Positions 1 to 14,800 of a DNA stretch of 64,000 nt are shown piece by piece. The notes beneath the pieces are model-generated. The model saw only the letters and a program-made list of their open reading frames with translations, did no database searches and was not told the origin of the DNA. Numbering within the stretch: the stretch's first letter is position 1; each line of letters opens with the position of its first letter. This DNA comes from Trichoplax sp. H2 (lineage: Eukaryota): positions 1 to 64,000 of the forward strand of contig NOWV01000032.1 of NCBI GenBank assembly GCA_003344405.1, in the 5' to 3' direction. A program made the position numbers and the translations under genes.

Positions 1-20
1 AGATTGGACAGATTCTCCAT
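1..20 (-). CDS. Probable first coding bases (MENLSN...) of an unidentified gene running off the left edge
   Basis: Minus-strand ATG at 20..18 in a strong Kozak context (GTCGCC-ATG-G), open to the window edge, next to a promoter-like repeat block. Too short to identify. Confidence 0.35.
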
Positions 21-155
21 GGCGACCCCGACTCTCTTCCTATACGGTCTGATATAGGAATTGATTTATCCTTGTTCTACGCCAGTAGTTTGTTTATAAT
101 CGAGGCAACAGAGCTGGAGAAATTGCCAGTTCATGAAGTGATGGCGATAGCGAGT

Positions 156-765
156 ATTGTGCACTGTGCACTGTACACTATGCACTGTACACTGTGCATT
201 GTACACCGTGCATTGTACACTGTGCATTATACACTGAACACTGTGCACTGTACACTGTACAGTGTAGTGTACAATGTACTGTAGATACAGTACTAGAGTA
301 CTGTACACTGTACCATGTACAGTATATTGTACTGTACTGTACTACTCTATTTCGTCCTGGCCTGGCATGGCAGCCCCAAAGCGAAGACACCCTTGATTGT
401 CCGGCCTCTCGATCCACCCTACCTTTACTGTACTGTACACTATGCAGTACTGTACAGTGTACAGTGTACAGTGTACTGTATGAAGAGGAATGCAAACAGA
501 GTGACAGTCCCTAATGATGGACACATGACTATACAGTACTACAGTATACAGTACAGTACAAAGCGTTTCCACAGTTCTCTTCCAATTTGTACTGTAAGTA
601 CTGTACACTACTGTACAGTATTCAAAAGTTTAACACACGACCCTACAGTGTATAGTACATTCCGCAGCGTGCTATACTGTAGGTTGTAGACTGTACACTG
701 TACGCGGCTTACTGTATGAGTGTATGAACATCTCACTTTATCAAACGCTTACTGTACTACAGTAT
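156..765. repeat. Low-complexity TACAGT/ACTGTA/TGTACA repeat block in a putative bidirectional promoter
   Basis: Dense CACTGTA/TACAGTA/GTACTGTA words, interrupted by a GC-richer core at about 345-425. Lies between two divergent gene starts. Confidence 0.85.
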
Positions 766-893
766 ATCTAGACCTGACGTCTGTATCGACGTCAAGTTGA
801 AATACTTCACTTGAATAAGCTCGACTACAGACCTGACGCCAACTGGATGTTGGATTTTACTTTTAAACCTCCTCTCCAGGCAACACAAGTAAC

Positions 894-2400
894 ATGGCCG
901 CCCAAGAAAATAGCCAGCAAGACTTTCACTTTATCGTACCAAGCCCAGTACCAACTCGCCGACTAAGATCTGAATCCACGTAAGCTATTTATTCTATACT
1001 CGTCATAGTTGAACAGAATGAATCCGAGACAAGCTGAAGATTACAGCCAATAAAGTTCCTCACTGTACAAGTGTACAAGTGTACATCAGTGAAAAATAAC
1101 TTCTCATTGACATGTTCTCTACATCACGCAGTCGACTAGAATAGAGATGTCTCTAGCATCAATCATCGTTGATAGACGTTCATTGCACTGTATGACCAAT
1201 AGTATCCACAAAAATATGGACAAAGATAAATCTAGATCAATGCACTTACCAACAACGCATTAATGTGTTGATCGAAAGGAGTTCAATTCCATGTGCCTAA
1301 AATGAATGTCTATTAGTGCACTGAATGTGCGCTATGGATATATATACGCGTGTACGTGCAGACTCGTGGAACAAATTCTTTTCAGCAAGACATTATATTT
1401 TAATTATACACTAGCCAAACAAGACGGAAAGTATCGTTATGTCATTCGATTGTAATGCGACAATGGATTGTGCTGCATTATAAGGATATCGAAAATGGCT
1501 GAAGGATTTGCTTACAATGTAAACGCATGCATTTCAATATTTTCTTGTAGGCATGAGAGAGCTGTTGCCGGTGAATGTAGGATTGGAGTCTGCCATGATT
1601 TTCATCGGGACAAGGGCCATGGATTTATCAAGCCTGAGGATAGTAATGACTTGATATTTGTTCATATATCCGAGTAAGTGCTGCCAAAGACTGCATTATC
1701 TTGTTCTTTTTCAGTTCACGGTCAACATACATTACACCTTGAAATATTGTCAGTAGCATCGTTATCTTAGCAGTTGTATTGAAGAACCAGAATTCAATTC
1801 GGAACCGCTTCTATATTCATATTACTGTAGATAGCATATCAATATATACAGTACAGTTGTTGACCGGTGAACAGTCGATCAATGAACTCTATTATCGATA
1901 TAGTGTACTGTATACTGTGATACGGAACGCGAAATCGTTAATACTCTTTTATCATCACTGGTTGGATAATTCATTGACCATAGTAGATGTTGCCTTTTAA
2001 TGGTGATCAACCGTGTTATGTTAAAAGTCGTTCAAAAAATGTTATTGTTCTAATATTAATGAGTTGATGATTTCTAGATAAAATTAAAATTGTTCGGTAT
2101 AGACTATACACTGCCACCATGTTATTATAGGCATAGGCTTTGGAACTATAGTTATGATGTCAACTCGACGATTGTTGTCACTGTTATTTGTAAATTATCA
2201 CGGATAATACTAAGAATATTAGGAGCTTTTCTAAATTAATTTCTATTTTCGAATATAGTATTAATGGAGAATACGTATTAAAAGCGGGTGATGCGGTCAA
2301 ATTTAAAACTTGTCCTTTACCACCAAAATGTGATAAGCTGCAAGCTGTTGATGTCACTATCGTTGATGCCGATGAACTTTCTCATGAACGATGGTCGTAA
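894..2400 (+). CDS. CARHSP1: Cold-shock-domain protein, CARHSP1/CSDC2 family; coding exons 894-979, 1551-1673, 2259-2400
   Basis: Spliced translation MAAQENSQQDFHFIVPSPVPTRRLRSEST-HERAVAG...KGHGFIKP...IFVHISDINGEYVLKAGDAVKFKTCPLPPKCDKLQAVDV...HERWS*. Has RNP1/RNP2 motifs and the PSPxPTRRxR motif; GT-AG introns with compatible phases. Confidence 0.92.
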
Positions 2401-5400
2401 CCGTAGAATGGATTGGTCGTCCATAGCGAGTGACAAAACAAAAATTTTCACAAACAATAACCCTACGCTTCTATACATTGATCCATCTAATTATTAGTAA
2501 TGTAAAATTCTATGGAGATATGATGTAGAAGTGATAACTTCCTTAATATTTGTATTACCATTCTAGAAGTATACGTATATAATCTTGGTTCGCTTAGTGG
2601 CCTTAAAAGTGTTACTGTCCGCATTAGTCAATATTATGCTAACTCGATTATATGGATGTTTATCCTTTGCTATATAACCGTAATATTACAACTACATTTT
2701 ATTGTGTAGATGACTTCCTTATTGGTTATCAATAATCGGGTTTGCTCTAAAAGGCGTTATAGAAAATGTCCTGTATTCACATCTTAACCTTATTGTGTGA
2801 TAGTATTTTATTGAACAATTACCATCCAATTGATTATAATACACTGTTTTGCTTCTTCCGTACAGGTTAGTCCTCTTCCTAAAATATTTTTTTTCCACTG
2901 TAGCTTGTATTTGTTCATCATAACCAAATTTAGATTAGGCTTTGTTAACCTTGAATGGCCGTTACCTATTTCAAATCTTAAGCAAATTATGGATCTGTAC
3001 TTACCCTTAACTACAATTCATATTCTCTAATCTCAACATTTACAAGATATTGTATCCCAAGTTTTCAAAATAATCATAGATCGTTATTGACAAGTTTCTT
3101 GATTTATTATTGCCGTATGACTGGTGTATGTTACCGTAACTATACCGTGATTTATTGATTGTAGCTATAATTTTACTTAGTTGATAAATGACATGTGATT
3201 GCATATTTCTTCATTGTGCGTGTCCATGCATTGTACTATAGAATTGTTGTGTTTTATATGATTACACTTCATAAATTGAAATCTTCAGGATAACGTTTTT
3301 TTTATTTTAGACATTTATTCGTCCCGTTTCATTTAGGCGTAAAATGTTTAATATTTCATGCAAAACTTTTTTATTTACCATGTTTGGTTCTTTGCCTAAA
3401 TAATAAAATACAAGATTATAGATCATGGTTTTGCTTGCTATTGATCGTTAAAATACAGTATATGCGACTTAAGATTACAGTGTATCGTACTGCTGCAGCA
3501 CACAACAGCTAGTACTTTATTTATTTAGTAAGGACATTATGTATTTGCATGTATACATTTTATAATATTTGCAATACTAAAGAATTCGTGTTATTTCCAT
3601 TATTTCACCCATTATTTAATCGGCTATATTGAAGTGCGATTTTAAACAGAACTTAAGAACGCCAAATACTGTATTGGTCTATCCAACATTATAAGTACGC
3701 TTACATAATTTTCTAAAACTTTATCTCCATGTAATAATAGCTTTCAGAAGAATATAAATCAGAGATAATAGCAATGATTATTTAGCATTCATTGAAGCTA
3801 CTGCACCTACTCTAAAATACTCTTAGACATAGCATAAAGCGATGTCATATGAGTTTGATCATTTCTATTCTATTACTACAAATTCTTATCAATAAATTTT
3901 CAATTTGTTGACTAAATAACTTAAAACAGGTTAATCCCATTAATAGAGTTAAGCTTGCATTTATTCATGAAATCGTGACAGTTTCAATTGAACAAACTGA
4001 TGCAGTAGATCATCTTTTAATTTAAAGTTGAAATTTTAAATCGATAACATTGTTTGCATTGTCGCTTTATTAGCTGAACGTGACAGTTGCAACAGTAAGT
4101 ATCATTACACAGATTGCTAGTGAAATTTGACATGGTTACATAACCGAATTTTTTATCCATTTTCTCATCAAGGTGGAAATATCTCAATATCACGATACCG
4201 TTTTTTCAACTAAGTATTTATTGACTACTGAATACTGAATATTTTTAAATGGATTTATTGAATTTTGCTGGGCTTGTAGTTAATAGAGCGGTGGTAGAAT
4301 TGTGATATAAAAATAGACTACTGCGAGTTAATTTACTGACATTAAAAGGTGTGCTAAGCTCTAATAATTGAGCTGTATTTTGTCGGATGATAAGCATTTC
4401 AACACCTGATAGTTCACAGTGACCTAGATTCAGCATATCTATGTATCTATTTAGTAATTGTATCTATACTAATTTACGTCAATTAATACGAAAACTCACT
4501 GTAGAAATCTATTTAAGTGCATTTCGTCGTAAAATAAAAGTAGCAATTGCTTAAAAAGTGTTCGGAAGTCGTAACGTGAAGAAAATATAGCAATTAATCA
4601 ATAGCCTGTAGAGTTCAGCCAAGAAATTGAGTGCTGATTTATCACTTGCATAGAGACTGAAAATAATGGAGGAAATAGCCTGAGTTATGGTACCTGAACC
4701 AGAGTTCTTTACAAATTTTTGCCACAAGGCTTTTGGTACTCAGACTACCACAGTATTACTCAAGTTAAGATGTTATTTTTCTAAAACTCGTTAATCTCAC
4801 TGTAGTTTCTAACAAATTGTTATGACAGCTACTTATATAACATCAATACACATACGATTATACGCATACAGATCATATTTGGTTACTTTTTGAAATAAAT
4901 TTCTGGCTCGTAAGCGAAAATACCATGTGTGATATAGTCAAATATTTACATAGCAGCGTGTATATAAATTACTATGAATTACTACAACTACTCTAAAAAA
5001 GAGAGTGAGACTATAAGCACATTTGTAAAACTTTGGAATCTCTAAGATCTATGGCACACTATGTGAAAAGTATAAATAGCATAATTTTAATGTACTGCAA
5101 ATCAAGGTCTGAATCAGATCACAAATAATAAAATCAATCATCAAGTTTTACTTCCTGATAAAGATGCATAACTAAAATTAATTTAAATAGAGATTGTAGG
5201 CTATACAACTGAATCCTAATTATCACTTCTACTATATATTGATAAACGGTGGTACATCAGGTAAAAAAGCGCATCACAGGAAATATTATTGCTGAGTGAA
5301 CGGGAAAATTTGATAATGTACTATTATTTAGCTAGCTAGCTTAAGTACCCCATTAAATGTAGACTGCATACGTACTTAATGTTAATAAATATAAAAAATT

Positions 5401-5863
5401 TATTGACTTGAATCAGATACATAAAATTAATGAAGTAATAGTATGTCGGTATTCATTATATTTTATAACCCAAACTATATTCAATAGACAATTTGCATTT
5501 GACGCCAATCTTATCGTGTAAAATTTCATACAAACATACTTGATTAAGGCATGAACTGAAATGTAAATAATGACGGATACAAATCCATTCCAATGAGACA
5601 GTTATACTGTAGTAACGTTACATTAATATTTTAGAATATCTGAAGTTTACTCGCGAATAAGAATTGAATATGAGCTTTAATGTTATTCAAAATGTGAATT
5701 GAAATTTTATCTTGTAACACTTTTAATATTTTAGTATTCTACAAAGTTATCTAGAAAAATTTTATATCGATTTCTCGATTACATCTACTCATCGAAAGTG
5801 CTGAGAAATATATTACGATGAAATATACGGACGCCAATTAAAATCCCATATGAGCATAGTCTA

Positions 5864-8800
5864 TCAATCATCTAACTGACAGAGTAATGCAACTCCTCGT
5901 CGAATCCAGTGAGTTGCTTCTTTATCCGTTAATAAATTAACAAATACGACAAAATTAGTTGAGTGGCCAGTCGTCGAAAGCGTGCCTCGCCTAGCACTTG
6001 TTTTGTAGACAGGACATGAATAAGTAGATTTGTCTGGAATGTCTTCATATTTGGAAGGTTTTATGTAAAGCTGTAGGTTAGAGGTTTTCAGTTAAGGAAA
6101 AAAATGAATAGTTTTAATTATAAAATTTTCTATAATTTTAAATAACTTTCAAAATAAATTTGCTATCATAATGGCGGTAGTTAGAAATATGTTAGGATAC
6201 TGTTGGGAGTGCATCATATAATATTTTCGGGTAAGATTCTCCTAAAACCATTTTTTCTCTATCCCAACGAGCACCTTCCAAAAACAATCCCTACAAATAA
6301 TATAATATATTAGTATGAAATAGTAAAGGAACTGTTGGTTAATGAATATCTAGGGCAATATTATTATACTTACAGTACAATACACTCCATCTTCAGGCTT
6401 TCCATTTGTAGACCCATCGTCTCGTAATACCTCAAAGTCAAATCCTAAATGATCAATTGGAATAGTATATTTTCTGGCAAAATTTTGCGATGTACCTATT
6501 GAAAAGTTTCAATTATTATTAGGAATTATTTACTATAATAAAGTCCAACAATCTGCGCTACTTTTCTATACTCACCCGTTAAGAAAGATTGTGTGAAAAA
6601 GAACCCAGAGAGCCAAAAGACATTTGGTATGCCATTATCTATCCAAGCTTGAAAAAATTTCAATCTCGCTAATAAGTCAGAAATATAGCTTCCGAGAGGC
6701 TTTAAAGACGGATATGATTTCTGTGCCCATAATGTTGGTACTTTGCCAACAAGCATGCTATCAAACATATCTTCCAGAACTTCAGACATTACCATCAAAC
6801 CCTAAACGAGGTTAATGCAAATAGCCTTAATTATATACATGATTTAGCTTACAAATAATTATTATCATAATAAGAGCATGAAAATTATAATTCCAAACCA
6901 GATATTATAGATGCATACAGTACGGTATATCTAATCTACCTCGTATATTATAGGATTTATAACTAGTAAGATAAATAATTCCGTGTAATTACTTTAATTG
7001 CTTTCAAAATGTCCTTCAAGCTCTCTCGAATTACAACAATTAACCGGTTAAATCGAATCAATTCCTGTCTGAGAACTGTATTCATTGACTCCTCGTAGCT
7101 AACAGGATATTTTTTCATTACCTATAGAAGTATAAAAGAATAAATTAATTACATATTACAACAATCAATTTACCGATATAAGCGATGCATAATTGGGTAA
7201 AAAATATTATTTAACTAACGTACATAATTCATATCAAAATCTTTTGGTATCTTTTGTAAGATGTCCAAAGCTAATTCTTCTATTAATTCTTGGGAAGATT
7301 TATTACTGCCAGTGGCTTGTCTCGGTAATGTAGTGAGGATATCATTGAAAAGCTGCATTGTCAAGTACAACGGAAATTATTAAGTTGATATGACGAAAAT
7401 TGCAGGTTATCATTTAAAGTAAACTCAAATACCTGTAAAGTTGCTTGTTGATCTTTAGTAATATCAGCATTTTCATGAAGACCGAACACTTCCGGATATG
7501 GCGTTAATGGTAAACTTCGTATGTACTCAATGCAATTATCATAAGAACCATCAGATGGAGCAAAATATAAACCGCTAGGGGATAATCTACGTGTATTATA
7601 AATATCATCAGTTTGCTTATGTTATCTGTAATGTTTATCTTGATTATAGAATTATATTAATAAGATAAAAATCAATGTTAGTTACCTATAATTATCGTCT
7701 GTAACTATTTCATTGCAATAAAATATGGACAATGTACTTAAAAGTAGTCGACGATCTTTATCATCAGTTACTCTTCCACCATGATTGCATTGCCCTGTCA
7801 AGTAAATTAAAGCATCCAAGGGTATTTCTTCATATTCGTTAAGAAACATCTAGTTGTAGTAATTAGATAAAACCAACATAAATAACTCCATCTGTGCTAC
7901 TATTAATTTCAGTTTTAATGTCATGTGTAAAATATAATGAATAGTTATTATTCAGTTATAAAATCATCCACATCAGTATATGAAATAAATATTTATATTT
8001 TATATTAGCGGTGACTAGCCCACAATGAAGAACCTATTCAATGATAATTGTATTTCCGTGATTTAAAATGCAATCATCAAACCTTTAAGCTTTAAAATAT
8101 GTTAATGGCTGACAATTATTTCTTATTTTATTTACCTGTAATTGTCTTAAACTGATACGTAGATCTGAGTCGTTAAATTCGTATGCAATATTCCAACCTA
8201 ATGGGCCAAACTGACGCCTTTCCTGGACAAGAGCATGAAAGAAACATAAACCAAACACCAATTTACGCCACGCTACAGGTTTATTACAGTCATTATAAAA
8301 TTCGTGATCGCTAATTGGATCTGTCAAATAAGATCTTAATAGATTAGCACGTAATCCTTTCGGTGGTTCATTTGTCATTTTGACTCCATCTTGTAATAAT
8401 GTGACAGGAAAATGCTTCGATGGATAACTGGTCAACCATAAACGAAAATTGGGATGAGTTTTATCCGGTGTGATAACTTCTTTACATATTTTTTCTAATA
8501 CTGGCATCCAACTTGTTGCTAGATGACAGTTTTGTAACACTACCCATGTACCATGTTGGATAGCGTGCTCAATCATTTGAGCTGCAATTGGACCTTGCCC
8601 TTGTCCTAATGAAATTGCACGACATTGATGGCCTTTAATGCCTTTATCTTCAGCAAATTTTAATAGCGTTACCATTGGATCAGCGCCAGGGGATAAAATA
8701 AATATCAGTGGGGCACAACAATGTGAATCCATGTAACTACTTTCCAGATCGAAAGGTGGAGGCTCTATATACTGTTTACTTAAATGATGCGCAATAAAAT

Positions 8801-11800
8801 CTTGAACGGCTGGTATGACTTTATCTGGCCTCAGGCAACGTATTACAATTAATTTATCAATATCATTTAGATTCTGATTCCAAGGTGAGGGTAATGGAGT
8901 TAGATGAGGTTGGATTGCATCATAGACAGCTTTCCATTCATGGGATCGATCGATAAAATCTTGTAGCCAATCTTTAAAATGTGGTAATGCAGATGCACGC
9001 ACAATTTCAGCCCAAGCCTTATCGGTTAGCCAATCTTTAGCAGGATTTGGATAAGGATTATTTAATGCTACACCTCCGGTTAAGAGAAAACGCCAAGCTT
9101 CATCATCGATTTGATCTTGACCTTTCATGATACCAACACATAAGAGGAATGAGAACAACAATTTATCTTTTTCAAATAATGATCGGCATACATTTTTATA
9201 GATACTATAGGTAAAGTGCTCATTTAGATGAAAAATTCGCTCTTCAATATCACTATCGTCATCATCATCATCATCATCATTGCCATCATCATTTTTAACT
9301 GTACTCATTTTGTCTTTGTCGGCAAGGGATGGCTTTCTTGAAGATGGTGTTGAAGCTATCGTTGCTATGGATGGCGATGTTGATGCCATTTTGCTTTGTT
9401 CAATCGATTGCAAGTATAAATTAATAAACCATGTCAGTGAATATTGATACATAGGATCAATACTGGCGATATCAGAGATGCAAAAGAATAAGATCGATGA
9501 GTGAGTAGCTACTGGTTTATATTTATTACGTGCTTCGTTAATTTTTTCCTCTGTTGCCAATGCAACTTGCTGTTTAGCAAAGATTTCTGCAGATAAATTT
9601 TTGGATGAAGATAAAATTTTAATCGCTTCTTCATTTTCCAAGATGTCACCTTGCGTTGTGGATAAAATCTCTAAAATTTTACCTTCAATTAATTTTAATT
9701 GCCAGTTATTGTCAGCACTCTCAACTACTAATTGATTACGTCTTGCTTCTAGATTTGGCTTCTCTTTTGCTACAAGAATGCCTAAGAGTTGATCTTCCAA
9801 GCCGGTAGGGGTAATCATAAAATTTAGCAGCGTTACCTTTACTGTGACTTCCGGTAAATAATGAGGATTTCTTAATCGAGTTGTAATATACAGACGGAAA
9901 TCTTTGGAATATTCAATAATAGTTTCACCAAGTTTAATATAATCCACACCACCTTGTCGAAAAGTTTGTTTTAATAAGACAGCCTCTAATATTGGATCCA
10001 GTTCTTCACCAACATCTTCCAATAAAATAGGCAAACCAAGCTGTATATGATTTTCTAAGTGACGCAAATAATTTTGATCGGTTAATCTTATGACTGCTAA
10101 CTGATTGGGCTTCTCCATGTTCTTGATCCATTTATTAGCTTGATTTTGTGGATCAATCATTAATGGCCAACGGCGCCCATGTGTAACAATGATTGCATTC
10201 TCATTTGAAAATGTATCAATAGGTAAGCCATCCATTTGCCATGATCGTAACTTAACTGGATCGCCCATAGTATCGGTAATACTGTAATTATCGGAACAGG
10301 GTATGGCCTTGAGCTGGCATAATTCTTTCCACTTGTCAACACAACTTGAACGAAAATCAATGGTAAATGCGCCTAAATAGGCAATAATACCGGCTGATAA
10401 TAAGGCATCACCAGTAATATTATTATAACGTTGAGTTAAAGCATCGGCGGCTTCATTCCAACGATCCTTTTCACCCCCTAAACCACCGATTAATTTTTCA
10501 GCACGAATCAATTTTAATGAACATAATTCAATGTTAGCTTCTAAATCGGCTTTCTTTTGTTGCATAGCATCCAACTGGTTGTATAATTCTTGTAATTTAT
10601 CGGTTACTTCTTTTAATTGCTCACGTTTTGCATTTAATTTTTCTTGCTGTTTAGCCAAGACTAGTTCAGCTTCGGTTAATTTAATTTTTTTGGGAGCAAC
10701 TAACTTTGCTACACTATCATAGGCTTCCATAGCGCGTACCCAACGGCATAAGCCTTCACATGCCGCTGATATATTCCGTATAGCGGTAGGTTCAAATTCT
10801 GGATTATTGACATATTTTTCGCGTATTTTTTTAATAATAACCGGTGAAATATTATCCTTATCATATTTTTTTAATGATTCTAGGAATTTAACATCCGCTA
10901 ATAAACGAGTAGATGGACCCCAATAATCTTCAACCATTTTGCCTGTGCCAGCTGGATCTGGTCTACGTTCGGGTCGAATACCTTTCATAACACAAATGGC
11001 TTCCATGACCAATTTAACACCAGCCGCTGGATTTTTCATTGTTTTGACAAAGCTAATATCCTGCGGTTTAAGGGTATTTAAAGCAGCAATTGCACTTTCT
11101 AATGCAGGTATAGCTTGGGCTAATTCACTTTCACATTCATCACGAATCGCTTTTGCGATAGCTGCGGCTTCATCAGCAGATCTTTCATCTGCTTCAACTA
11201 GCTGTTTCTTAGCTTGAACTTCAACGGTATCTTGCTCAATTTTAGCTAACAACACTTCAGTTTCTTCTGATGTTTTCATCAATTCAGGCTGTAAGTCAGT
11301 TAATTCAGTTTGCATTACTGTTACTTGTTCAGCAGCAAAATCTAATTTATGTAAACCAGCTGTGTAACGATGCTTCGAAATCATAATTTCACGCCGTTTT
11401 GAATTCAATAACGATTTAAACACCAATATTAATTCAAGATAGGATGTCGGTGTAACATAATTATAACGACGTAATGTAGAGTAGTAATCAGTCGATAATT
11501 GGCGTACGCTGCTATGAAAATATTGGCACATTTCCACACTAGCTTTCTTGATATTTTCTTCTAAATCAATTTCTTCCAAAAATTTCATAGCTACCCTTTC
11601 TAGTGCATCCTTTGGCCATGCTTGATACCAATCGATAGTACAGCAATTAATTAACGAGGGAAACATTCTTAAATGATTGCGGAATGCATCACCAATTGGG
11701 CTCATACACAGTACAATATGCAAGTTAGCCTTAACCCTTTCAATAAAGTAGTTGTACATGATTAACGGATTAACTTCTAATCGTTTGCCCTCATGCTTAG

Positions 11801-14800
11801 CAATCAACTGGATCTTATCAAGGATATCCATTTTTTCATCTTGTTGATATAAATTAGGTACATCACCAGTATTTAAAATGGTGTTAATGTCTTCTAAGAA
11901 CAAATCATCTTTAATTTGATTATCATTCAACATGAAAACGATAGGTTTGCCATCGAGACCGGCTTTAAGAAATATTTTCTTCAAATCTTCACGCCATTCA
12001 ACCTGGCCGTAATGGCGTGTTATTTCAATGAGATAGATTTCATAATTAGCCATAAACGTAGCCAACTTAGTTGCACTCTGGCGACCGCTACCACCAATCC
12101 CGATGAGGAGTGCATGGCCATTGGGTTGTTTTAAGATGCGGCTTAAACGAGATACGTGCTCAATAGCAAAACGGAACATTACTAATGACATCGGCGTTTT
12201 GCTAATTTGATTGTAATCGCTTACATATTGCTCCATGATTGATGTTAACTGTGAAAAATTGGTAATTTCATTGTAAGCTTTAACTTCATTGCCAGTTGAC
12301 ATATAATCACCGAAAAATAAACTTCTTAAATCATCGTCGGTAAGGATTGGATTTTGAACATCGGAAATAAGATGTTTAAATAGTTTATTAATACTAATCT
12401 TGAATTGTTGCTGAGTACAATCTTTGATCATATTGAAGAAATTTTGTCGATCTTGATCGTCAATTAAGCGATCATAAAATACACGATAGACTTCATGGAC
12501 CCATAAGCGTAGCATTTTATCATCATGATCGTGTATTTGATCCGGCGGTAGTAGCATAACACCGCGAATAACACGAGCAAAATCGCGCAGATTGAAGATA
12601 TAATGCGATTTCGATGGTGTTGGCAAGAAATTCCTAATAGCAAGATTATAGATATTTAATGTTGCCTGGACCATCATCTTTCCTAAGTGTATAAAGGATG
12701 AATCAAAATCATTGCGTTGAAAATGCCAATCTAGCATAGTACCAAAAATTTGCAGTAATGTCGAATTATCGAATGAATCGATTGTAAATATATTAAAATG
12801 GCGCAATAGTCGTTGACTAATTGGATGGCGGCCGCCACCAGGAGGTCCCATAGCACTAATGATGCAAGTGTCCGTCAATTCTAATCGAGTGGTATCTTTT
12901 TTATCATACCAATGGCCATGATCAATCCATTGGCGCAATAATTCAATTGGTGGTTGGGCTCCATATTTCTCTTTAGCTGGCATATTTAAATCATCCACAA
13001 ATAAGATCGCTCTCCTACCCATAGGTGGACCATAAATTCCTTTACGACGTCGATCGAGTTTAGACATAATAACATCTTGTGTTTGCTGAGCCGTTGTACG
13101 TGCAGAGAAGTTGATAAAATTGGGTACATATTCTTCTTTTGGTAAATTAATTAAACAATCAATCGTTAATGCTGATTTACCAGTGCCTGTTGGTCCTAAA
13201 ATGAGTAATGGTATAGAACGCGATAAATAGAGTTTTAAGAAATAAACCTGTCTTGTAGTATCCAGTGTTGGTATGATCATATCATTAATTTTAGAACTCA
13301 ATGGCGTATTTAATTCATTTTGTTGTATGTTATCACACCAATGAGTCCAGGTGCTATGTAATCCTTTATAATCGTAGTAGAAATCATAAATTGTTCCACG
13401 CTCTGGAAATACATGACTTTTAGGTATTTTAATATCTTTGGGCTTAGGATTTTCTTTATCTGTTCCACTAACTAAAGTGCGAAAGAATAAATTCAATTTA
13501 ACCCTACTGTCGTTATTGATTGCGCTACCAATCGACCACGTTAATGCGAACAAATAAGTACATTGTAACCAAGTATTGGTTTTGGATTCTAGTATGGCAA
13601 TCTCTTCTTCGTTTTCATGATGGCGATAGTCCTGATATATAGACTGAATATCTTTCAACAAGCAAGTAAGTAAATTCAAAAATGAGGCTACTAAGTGCAT
13701 ATCTGATGTATCCACGAAGGATTTGCATTCTTGTTGGATGAAATTCAATGTCGGTGGTAATAGCCAACACATTAACTGCTCAATCATATCGATATTTTCT
13801 TGCTTCAATAAAGTAATAGTTTGTGGTAAGGTGACTAAATAAGATTTAATCAAAGATTGCCAGCCTAATTGTTTGGATTCCATATAAATCATACCGCAAC
13901 GGCTAACAGTTGCAGGCGATGCTTGCTCAAGATCTTTTGGTTCAAAAATTAAATTTTGCTTTGCGTTCATTTGAATAATTTCACCGCTCATAAGGCATAA
14001 TTTTTTATTGTCGTCAAGAACAGTATTCATATTTTCAATCCATACTGCATCAACAGGGCCGTCAAATATGATCCACTTGCGTTCATTGCTTGTCGAGCTA
14101 GCTTGCTCACGGAAAGCATTTGCTAATATACCATCAGACCATTCGTGTGAAACAGGATCAAATGCTCCATATAATTGTCCCATGGTTACTGCTTTAGGAT
14201 TAATGATACGATAGAGTACACGATGTTCTCCTAATAATTGACCTTGTTGGTCTAGATCAAGTAAAGCATTCGCTAATACCTTATATGCGGTTGTTTTACC
14301 GCTTAATGGTTCGCCAACAATCATAAAACCATGGCGTACTAACATCATCTCATAAATTTGGATAATTTTTTCGACAAACCAGTCGATTGATTGTAAATTT
14401 TTCAATCTTAGATCTCGCAGAATGGCTTCTTTTAATGGTCCATAATCATTATGACTTAATTGTATGTTAGGGAACAGATCTGAGATAATGCCATTAAACA
14501 GTGGTATGTCTTGGGCTAAAAATTTAGGCAAATTGACATCTTTCAATGCTCGAAGTAAAATATGACTCTCATTTTCGTCGGGATATTGCAACTTAAGATT
14601 ACCTGCGGCTGTTAAGACTGATTTAACAGCTCGCATACCGTAATCGTAATGATGTTGTGAAGATAATTGCTCGGAACATAACCGATAGGTAGCAACAATT
14701 TTAGCCGATAAATTGCGTGCATCGACAAAACCTAACGAATATAATACTATTTCACCAATCATAGCATAATCAGGCACCATCATGGCTACAGTACGAAAGA

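Noticed and set aside
66..689. Six overlapping Cys/Tyr/Thr/Val-rich ORFs
   Set aside because: Artefacts of the stop-poor TACAGT/ACTGTA repeat, open on both strands, with no recognisable domain.
4245..4760. Short minus-strand open frames between CARHSP1 and DNAH3
   Set aside because: No recognisable homology or coherent exon chain; a degraded remnant cannot be excluded.
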